Assembly: GCA_013265495.1 (NCBI GenBank)
Contig: MU057666.1
Span: 221,732-285,731, forward strand
DNA length: 64,000 nt
Reading direction: 5' to 3'
Source: Vicugna vicugna
Taxonomy: Eukaryota
The position numbers and the translations under genes are program-made. The notes under the pieces are model-generated. The model was not told where the DNA came from. It saw only the letters and a program-made list of their open reading frames with translations, and ran no database searches. This document shows positions 54,183-64,000 of this stretch, in pieces (within the stretch, counting starts at the first letter, position 1; each line of letters starts with the position of its first letter).

Positions 54183-57100
54183 ATGACTTTCCTCAAGGTA
54201 GGGTTCAGGATAAATTGTTATGTATCAATAGACAACTAATACAATTTCTTTCTAGTATAAATAGTATATTAGTGTGATTAAATTGTCTTCAAAAATTAAG
54301 GAATGGAGTTCTGTCCAGCAGAGATCTGCTGGAGTCACGCAGTCCCTGGAGAGAGAAGTCTGCTCCCTGAGTGGAGAGGGCTTGGTGGCCTTGGGAGTGT
54401 GGACAGTCTCTACCCATGAGACTCCTTTGGAAAACATGAAGGAGTGGAGTCAGAAGAGATGTTAAGTTACCTAAGTTCACCCAAAGCAACCATCTCCTCT
54501 GCAGTCTTTTGGTAAGTGGCTGATAGGATCTGAAAGAAAAAGGCAAGATTCACTTAGGATGTTTGAAATTTGTCTCATATCTGTGGTGAGGACCCAAGTA
54601 GGTATTCAAGCTCCGATGAGAGTGAAGAAGTTGCCTCTTTATCTTTTAGTTTCTCAATTATAAGACATTAATTGACAAGCATATACCCATCCAGATGAAA
54701 ATCTGTCAAATCTACTGGCATAGTGTGTGTAAGATGTTTTTTACTCTAAAATAAAGTATTCTTGCAATCTTTCATGTTTGGGAACATATTCATCAAACTC
54801 CAAGAGGTTTGGCCAGTTTCCAGATAACAGGTAAGCATTCATCAAATAAACAGAGAAAGCAAGAGCTCCTTAGAAACAGACTTAGTCACTAAGCTAGCAG
54901 CATATGCACAGTATCATGCCGCAGTGCAAAATCAAGTGAAGTCTAAAGTAGCATCAGTCGCCATGGAAGTTTTGATGAGATTACATCTTTAGCAGTAGCT
55001 TTATGGAACTTTTTACTGGCTGTAAGCATGCGCCTACAAGACCCACTGGGGAAATAGCTCAGAAAGTGTGAGAATCCCCCATGTAGACTTCTGCCTGCCT
55101 ACTACTCTAGACTTTTGTAAATAAGATATTTGTAAATGTTAATATCCTATTTAGATATAAACCATTGGAAATCAATTGAAGCCTGGACTTCTGATACAAT
55201 ATATGTGGTTTTGATGTTCACCACATTGGTTGATGTGCTGGTGGTAGGGGGCCATTTTGTCTATCCTACAACTATTTAACATAAGTATACAAATTGGCAA
55301 GATGTTTTAGTGGAATAATGTAATAGTGCCAAATGCTGATGCCTGATTTTTCAAAAAGAGTTTCAGAAAGTATACAGGACTCTCAATCTTTGAATGAGAA
55401 TAGAAGTGATTGACAAGGCATTTATTTGAACATGAGTAGCAGTGGTGAAAAGTGTGATTGAAGAAATAGGCATACAAAATGCATACAAATGCATACAAAA
55501 ATAAAGCGAAGATAAAACTGGAACCACATGTATGGTCCATCAAATCATCAATTTTCTTGACCTTGAGATATAGGCCATTGATTTAAAGCATTTAAGATTA
55601 CAAAAAATAGGACATGTTTATATACTAATTTGCTAAAGTAGAAGAAATGGGGAATGGTTGAAATAATGAATGATACTGGAAAACATAAACTCATTAAGTC
55701 TTTCTACAGTATGCATTGCAAGCATTGGAAAGGTACTGGCTAGTGATTCCTTATGATTGGGATCACTAGTCTGATTGGTTTTGTTTCTGTGCACCCTACC
55801 CCTCTATTTTCTCTCTTAGCTTCTGTGATATTAACATCATTGAACTCATTCCATTCAGAAGTTACACAAAAATTTCTTTTTAATATTTTGAACAATTTAG
55901 AGAATGCAGAACCATCATAGAACCATTAAAACTATTTTAAAACAGAAGTTCCAAATCACAGATATCACATGGGAGTATTATTAAAAGGGGTAAATTTTAT
56001 GAAGCTACATTTAGTATGGATAGTCACAGTATTTGAATTAGGCATTATCTCTTGAGGATACATTTGGATGGAAGGGAAGACAATTATGATTAGTGGGTAG
56101 AGGATGAGACCCTGATCTCTAGCCTGTAAGATGGTATCAATTAACTGGGCATTGACTATAGTCTTGAGAAAGGCACAGATTCATTAAAACAGATAACAAA
56201 TTCCCAACCCCAGCAATGTAAAGGGTATGTGAAAAAACTTACACTGCTTCTGATGAGGTGCTGTATGGAGAGCATTGTAATTCTGATCCACAACATACCA
56301 GATCAGTAAAGCAATGGCTCTCTCAACTTCGACCTTTAACAAGACCCATCAGCTGGCTCAGAAACACTGGGAGAGGAATTTTACACAGAACAAATGTATA
56401 ACCAACCATCCTATACACTGCATTTTCCTACTGGGGAACTGAAAAGCACAGAGATGATCTATCAGTTATAGACTTGTCAAGTGTATGGAGAAACTATTTT
56501 AGTCAACATGGTAGAAGGGTCATTGTATAAAGGTGGCCAATTTTGTTCTACATTCTAAGTTTTTGAAGAATTTTGTAGTATTTTCTGAGCTAGAGTTAAT
56601 ATGCATTATTAACAAGAACTGAAAATTACAGTATCAGTGGCTGGATTAAAGAAATGATAGAAGAGTAGAGTTGTCAATGTGTAGGAACCACAGATTTAAA
56701 TGAGAGTTTTCAGTATGGGGTGAATATTTGAAAGTTTTAGAAGTTATTCCAGTTGTATCTTTAGTGTTCTTTCTTGTAGAAATGAGCAAGACTATCATCA
56801 TGGTTAGCTTATTGCCTAATTATGGAAGGTGTAATTAATTCTGATTTTGTTAGCATTCATTGCAACATGTTTAAAAATTTTACAGAAATAGTTATTCTCT
56901 GATTTTTTCTTTGGAGTTCTATATAAAACTGGAAAACACTGTGTACTGTTGTATGTTATATACATTTAAATGTTATATTTAAAAACAATTAAAATCACCC
57001 TAACACTAAAATATTTAACTGGAATGACTCACAAGATTTTATTCACAGGATTTCATTCTCCATGCTGAAGAGCTGCAGAAAAAAAAAAAAAATGCCCTAA

Positions 57101-58085
57101 GTCAATTTTATCTTTTTTAACTGAAAAACACATCCTTTCTCCAAAAAAGGGATCCTGTTGTTTTCTGGCATTTCCCCTCAGTCTCTGAGATAATACTGAA
57201 TATAACAACATCTCAAAATATATATTCTGAATTGGCAGGTGAATCAAAAGTTGTTTAAAGGTAAACTAAGTTCAGATTTCAAAATTATGCCAGCTCTACT
57301 TTAACTATCAACTAATCTGCAAGTGAAACTCTTGATTTTCTTAAAATTCAACACATGGTAGGAGTTGTCTGTCATTGTATTCAGTAATAATTTTAACAAT
57401 AATTACTAACTTGAGTGATTTTAAATATTCTTTTCCAAAAAATTAAAAGAAGATAAAGGTAAATGATGAAAGATTTACACTGTCTATTAAAAAAACAGAA
57501 ACAACTTTCTAGTGAGTTGTGACTGAGTAAGAGAGAGTTAGCTTTTTCCAGTGAGGCCCAAAAACTGAATTGTCAGAAATTAACTGTGTATGTTGTAGAA
57601 GTGATGCTGGATCTTAGCCTGGCTTTTCAAATGGTCATATTGATTATTTCCTCTGTAATACAGGTAGCACTAATTAGAAATTAATCAAAATGATTAACCT
57701 CTACACTCCTTCAGTGAATGAATCACTTTAAAAGACATCAGTGGAAAGCCCCAGGAGACCATTTTAGGTAAAGTTTTTGTTTGAAGTTTTAAATGCATAA
57801 AAAGCTAAAAACTAGCAATTTACTAACCTAAAATATTGACCTAGTTTGAGTACAATAGCAGTCATAATTGTCACAGGTTCCCTTCATTTTACACAAGAGG
57901 CATTAACAACTTAAACTTTCTAGTGGACATAAAATGTCTTTATCTATTGTGTAAAGGTATGTGGGACCAAATGTCTCTTTGGAGACACTTTGGAGACCTA
58001 AACATAGGTAATATCAGCACAAGTTATTTTTCATGTGACAAATATATGTGATTTCAGCTGAGAAATTAATGGACACATATTGTAA

Positions 58086-58280
58086 GCCAGTGGTTCTTAG
58101 AGTTTTGTACTTGTACTAATTGAAAAACAGCACCTGAAACTTGTTACACAGGCAAATTTTACAAGCCCCACCCCAGATCTACTGAATTACAAAGTCACAG
58201 GATCTGGATGAGCAATGTGGGCTTTAACCAGCCCTTCTACTGATTCAGGTTGATGCTTGTGATAGAGAAACAGGATCCTA
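58086..58280. mobile_element. MER5A-like hAT MITE
   Basis: ccagtggttct...gccccaccccaga.ctactgaat...tttaac.agccct. Confidence 0.65.
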
Positions 58281-59321
58281 ATAAACCACCATTGCTAAGA
58301 GTGATCCACTGTTAAAGGGGGCATCCTCATAATTCTCAAATCTTAGATGTTGAGGAATTTATCAATAAAACTTAAATCCTGTAAGACTTTGAAAGAAAAG
58401 ACTTAAACAGCTTTTGTTTCTTGGCTTAGTGAATTAAACCCAAATCTTAAATTTTGTAACTCAGGCATAAAAAGCCAGTTATAGGGGGACACTTTAGGGA
58501 ACTGGAAAAAATCAGGAATGATATGATTTGCTCTCAATAAGTTCTGTTGATTAGTTCTTTGAATTGTTCACATGTAGATGTAGACATGACCTATTAGCTT
58601 CCAATTCTAAAGCAAAATGAAGCATTGGCTATTTTAGAATTTCCCACCTAACTATGAAATATGTATCAGTAACACCACTATAAACAGCTTTCCTTGCTTG
58701 AACCCTGTGACCCGCAGTTAGAAGGTAAGGAGCTCCTAATGTCTAAATGTAACCTGAAGTTCTGTTCATTTTGAGGACTCCAACTCCTACTGATAGTGAA
58801 TAGAAAGTAACAATGCATAGAACTTTTGTTTCCTAGCCATAACCTCCAATTTCTCCTTTCTGGTTTAAAATGGATTACTCACCTTGGATCTGTCTTTATT
58901 TTTTCTTGTTGATATATATATATATTGTGTCTGTGTCTGTGTGTGTGTTTTGGGGGGCAGAGAAGAAGGAGTTTAAACTCATTCCTCTCTTTGCCCTGTA
59001 AGAAGCAGACTAAAACTGTTATCAACTTATTATCCCATGAATACCCAATTCCATCAATATTTGTATTATGATACTATATATATTATAAAAATTCACTTAT
59101 ATGGAAGCTTATTTTTAGAACTTTTTCAAATATGGATTTTTCAGCTGTTTCTTGTTTTAATTTTTATTTGACAAGTGTCAAAGTAAGTTTCATTATTTGT
59201 GTACTTTTGATACTAAGTCACTATCTTTACAGATTTAATATTTTGTTTTTGGTAAATTATTTGATTATTGAGAAAGTGTTTGATTCTCACATGAAATAGT
59301 TGTAGATATAGATAGATATAA

Positions 59322-59770
59322 ACATACCTCATAGATACTGAGGGTTCTGTTCCAAATCATTGCAATAAAGCAGATATGGCAATACAGCAAGTCAAACAAA
59401 TCTTTCGGTTCCCCAGTGCATATAAATATTATGTTTATACTATGCTGTAGTCTATTAAGTGTGCAATAGCATTATGTCTTAAAAAAGTAAATCCCTTAAT
59501 TAAAAAATTGTTATTGCTAAAAAATGCCAACCAGCACCTGAGCCTTTAGCTAGTCATAGTCACTGGTTTGGATCACCATAACAAATACAATAATAAAAGG
59601 AACTTTGAAATATTCTGAGAATTACCAAAATGTGATGCAGAGACATGAAATGAGAAAATGCCCTTGGAAAAATAGTGCTGATTGACTTGTTAAATGCAGG
59701 TTTGCCACAAACCTTGAATTTGCCAAAAGTGCAACATCTGTGAAGCACAATTTAAAAAATAAAAGCACTG
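59322..59770 (-). mobile_element. Tigger1-derived DNA transposon
   Basis: Reverse complement of the same family as 17345-18169 (ttggaaaaatagtgctgattgacttg...ttgccacaaacctt). Confidence 0.85.
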
Positions 59771-62204
59771 TAAAGCTCTATATCACCAAAGTGTTCTCCA
59801 GAATGTCTGGCATGGTGATCTCTAACTGCAGTATTTCTATCTTTATATTTATATATAAATATAGATCTATATAGTGCACATTATATAACTAACTACATTG
59901 TGTCATATATTATCTAATTAGACTGTATATTTATATATTATGTAATACTGTATATTTACAAAGTTTACATATACAATTTTATATATATGCAATCAAGTTA
60001 GAATGAAAATTGGAATGCTTATAGCTAACCCTACAAAACTGTAATGTGTTTTCTTATTAAAATCTTTAAATACAAACTATTTTACACTACATAATTAAAT
60101 ATTTTTTAGAACTATAAACAACATAAAGCAACTTGTTAAATAAAAATATTTAGCCTGTGATCTAAACTCACATATTACTCAGCAAATCACTAATTGGTTT
60201 AATTCGAGGAGCCCAGCGGTCAGCATCTGCAGCCGCTCAGGAAGGCAGCAGCTTGAAACCAGGAATGTCCTTCAAAATCGCCTGAGGGATTTTAATATAC
60301 ACAGACCTGGAGTCCAAGCTAGAACTCCCAGAGAAGAATTTTCAAGGTAGGAAGTGTACGACATTTTGTTTTAATTCAAGTTAAGGAATTCTCATTTTAT
60401 AGTAAATAATCAGGGCAATATATGATACATTGGAAACCTGAGAACATAAAGAATCTCTGAGGTGCTGCTGATTTAGGTGTTTTGCTTTTCTGAGGCTTCC
60501 CTGGGATGACTCTTACAACTGTTTTGATTTCTCCAGCTCATTTCCTAACTATCCCATCCATTCTGCCTCGTGTTCCAGGTGTCCTTGGAATGTCTGATGG
60601 TTGCCCTTTCCCAGCTTCCAGCTCTTTGGCAGGTTTGTCCTCTCTTTTGCTGTTTCTCTTTCTCAAGTTATCTATTATTTCAGTGGCTCTTTATGAGCAG
60701 AAATATGTGCTTAGTCTATCATATTTAACCAAAATTAGAATTAATGTGACTGAACTAATGTCAGCCATTTTGACCTAGAAAACCATACGTTCTTTCGTTT
60801 GGGAGAAGAAGGTTTTCATCTAGAGTAAATCTGAATGTAGCTTTTGTCCTAACTGACCAGGTCATGTCTAGCTTATTTCTAGTTTGGATTTATTTTCTTT
60901 GTCCTTTATACACATATTCTACATCTGGTTTCTTTTAATCTTTGGTTGTTTATTTCAAAGAGTAGTTTTTAGGTTATTCTCAAGTTTCCTTCCATCCCTC
61001 TTTTCAGATGGTCCGGCTCTTGCTACCTACTGTCATCTTACTTCAGCCATTCCTGGTCTCCTGTATACTGCCTCCTCTCTCAACCAGCACTCTTTCCACT
61101 CCAGCCTATTTTTAAGATATTCTGACCACAAGTGCTACAAATTCCACAGTATTTTAACATAAATTGGTAAGTCAGTCTAATATTCTTCAGATTCCTGTGG
61201 CAGATAGTCTCCAGAAATTTGCCCATATTCAGAGTAATATTTCTTACCTTTATTTTTCATTTCTTCAGGCCAGGATGGTTCTAAAATATGTATAAGACCA
61301 GTCTAGAAGTGAGAATTATGGCCTTCAAAATGGTCATATTTATATGCACAGGTAAAAATTAATGAGACTGGAATGTCACTTGAAGAAACAGCAGTGACTG
61401 CAGCTTTAAACCAGCATATATTAAATACTCAGAGTTTTGTGAACAAAAGAACAAAAGCCATGCAATTTTCAGTCCTTTTTGTGCCAATAGCTCACGATAT
61501 CTTATTACTCCAGACATTGTTGTTCTTTGGTTCCAGGTCTCCTCAGCCCATGACTCTGATTTTGGCCTCCTACTTTCATTCTTGCAAGTTTTTTGGCCTC
61601 TTTGACTGATCTTGTGTCCTCAGCTTGAGGCTTTATGCTCTTATGAATTTAGTGTTAAATGATCCTTTAGTATTTCTGTTGCCTGAGTCATGTCCGTGCT
61701 CTGATTCCTCAGAACCCAAACCCTGACAATGTGGGCTGGCACTAAGAACACTCTTTCATCCCATGTGGCTGGAATTGGAGCCCCAGAAATGTAGTGAGTC
61801 AATGCAGTCAAACTATCTGAAGCACTCTGCATGTTTGGTTGGATATCTTTTAAAATAATAACCATGTCAGTATTCATTTATTTCAATTCTTCCTTGATTC
61901 TGTGTTGATTATTTCCTGTATAAAATGTTTTCATGTCCAAAAGATAATACTTTCCCTTAATCCTATTTTGCTGATTGAGGGTGAATATTGTGTCCTCCTA
62001 AACCAACAACTAAAGGAATTCCTTAATCCCCTCTTCTAACCAACTCACTCCATCTGGGTCAGGGCAGAGTTTAATACTGTTGCAGATATGTCAAGAAAGG
62101 ATTTGTTTATGATGATTTAAGAAAATTCTATCCATATACAGGTGTCCATAGCTTGAGAAATTACTGACTTTCTAAAGTGATGTCATGTATTTTTTGCATT
62201 TCTC

Positions 62205-62690
62205 ATCAGTTACTTACTATTGCCATAATACTAGGTAACAAACAACTACTGAAGCTCAGAAGCATATAGAGCAACAAATATCCATTGCTCACATCTCTGA
62301 ACTGGTTGGGTTAGGAGACTGCTGATTTTGGCTGAGCTTTTTCACAGGTGGCATCAGTTGGCTGTTGACCAATCTAGGCTGACTGTGGCTGGACAGCTGG
62401 CTCTCTCAGCTGAGCTGGCTCACTCTGATACATGTGTCTCATCTTAACAACAGGTTAGCCTTGGCTTACTTAAAAAGAAAATTATGGCAATGGCAGATGG
62501 CAAGAGAAAATATCCCAAAAGTTCAAGCTCAATTCATGACTCTGCTTGTATTGTATCAGCTAAAAGTCATGTTGGCCAAAGCAAACAATATGGCATTCAA
62601 GAGCTGAGACAGAGGGCACTACAAAGTTACATGGCAAAGTCCCTGGGTAGGGGAAGGGTGAAGGTCATTGATGCATTCAGTTATCATATT
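62205..62690 (-). mobile_element. Old MLT1-type MaLR LTR
   Basis: tcagttacttactattgcc.taata...gtaacaaacaac...; contains the spurious ORF 62484-62894. Confidence 0.6.
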
Positions 62691-64000
62691 CTTTGTACAC
62701 ATGGGAGCAAGACATTTAAGGAAACAGAAATTACAAGTCCAAATTGTCTAAAAATTTTCAGAAAATATTATTATTACAGTATTATCCCTTGGAAGTCTTC
62801 TCCCAAGCATGAAATCGAAGCTGCCAAGGACAGTTTGTGTAGAAGCATACCTAATGGAAAACTGCCACTTTCACTAATAAATGCTTTCTATTAGGAAATG
62901 AAAATTATCTTAGTTTTTATGTTAGTATTTTGTTCAGGAAAAAGTATGTGTAGTTTGTTTTATTCTTTGAAAAATAATTATAATCTTAGACTGCTAATGC
63001 ATGCAGAATTTCTTTGGGGATGATGAAAGTGTTCTGAAATTAGATAGTAGTAGTGGCCACACAGTTCTGTGAATATACTAATCACCACTAATTTGTAAAT
63101 AATAAAAAGGTGAATTTTAAGGCAGGTGAACTAATCTCAACAAAGTTATTATGTAAACTATTTAAAATTTGAAGCATCTTTAATGTTGCATTATAAATAA
63201 GAAGTATATATTATACCTAATATATATAATTTTCAACTTTACTGCTTAAATTTAAAAACAGTAAAGGAAAATTTTTTAGTAGTTACTTTTTCTATGCAGA
63301 ATTTTGGAATGCTTACTTAAAACTGATTTTGGTATAGTTCTGAATTAAGTGCAATTAAAACCTTAAAATAAAACTAAATGAAATAATGTAAATCAAAGTC
63401 TTAGGAAAGCATAAGCATTATCAAAGAGGATCTCATTGTTACAGTAAGTAAACAGGTATAAGTTTATGATTTATAAAATGTCAAATATACTGTTAAAATA
63501 TTTGTCTATCATTTAGGCTTCTTCCCTCCCTAAGTTCCATTTATCATTAATCACTAAGAGCATAACCACATTTGTATACAAAACATAATACAAAAACTCC
63601 ATGAAGTGCATATTAAACACAATGTACATGTGCTAGGAGAAGGCTAGGAATATGCTGATGACTAAGCCAAGGTCTCTGCCTTCAAAATCAAAGAAAATTT
63701 TAATACCTGGATTTTAATTGGAATATTTTTTCCCTAAATTAATTTTTGTTATTTTCTTGGGTTCTTTTCACACTGAGCCATTGAATTAGAAAAGATGCCA
63801 TTTATGGATTTTCTAACATTATAGCATAAAATAAATATCTGTATTCTTAAATTTGGGTGCTAATATTATACCCTGAATTTCAAAAAAAATTTGTTGCTGT
63901 GACATTCTCATAGGGACCTTGTCATCTACACAGACAAAAATGCTTGAGCAAGTGTTTGTTACTTAAAGCTATGATTCTATGTTATGAGTCTCTTAGTAAC

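Noticed and set aside
56250..56290. CTGATGA motif as a hammerhead ribozyme or C/D snoRNA
   Set aside because: There is no GAAA after the stem, and the C-to-D box spacing is too short.

Overview
Mammalian genomic DNA, most likely from a camelid: it carries many copies of a Vic-1-like tRNA-derived SINE and I saw no ruminant Bov-A/BovB or pig PRE-1 elements. I found no intact protein-coding gene, no CRISPR array and no credible structural RNA gene. Almost all entries in the ORF track are noise or L1 remnants. The left ~33 kb is a mosaic of intron-containing pseudogene fragments from three unrelated genes. IGF1R contributes two FnIII-3 exons (+, 3.55-4.31 kb). PADI3 contributes three exons (-, 5.15-8.0 kb) in the scrambled order exon 4, exon 5, exon 3. 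CYFIP1 contributes six collinear exons (-, 10.7-31.8 kb). The IGF1R and CYFIP1 fragments carry stops, frameshifts and dead splice sites; the PADI3 fragment has no stops but has a dead acceptor and lost Ca2+ ligands. Beyond ~34 kb the sequence turns AT-rich, with two truncated and apparently divergent CpG-island/first-intron fragments, old L1/LTR/DNA-transposon fossils and a possible decayed coding region at 60.4-61.9 kb. The most notable observations are the duplicon mosaic and the permuted PADI3 exons, which fit insertion through a circular DNA intermediate. Gene identities and exon numbers come from recalled human sequences, not a database search, and repeat boundaries are approximate.
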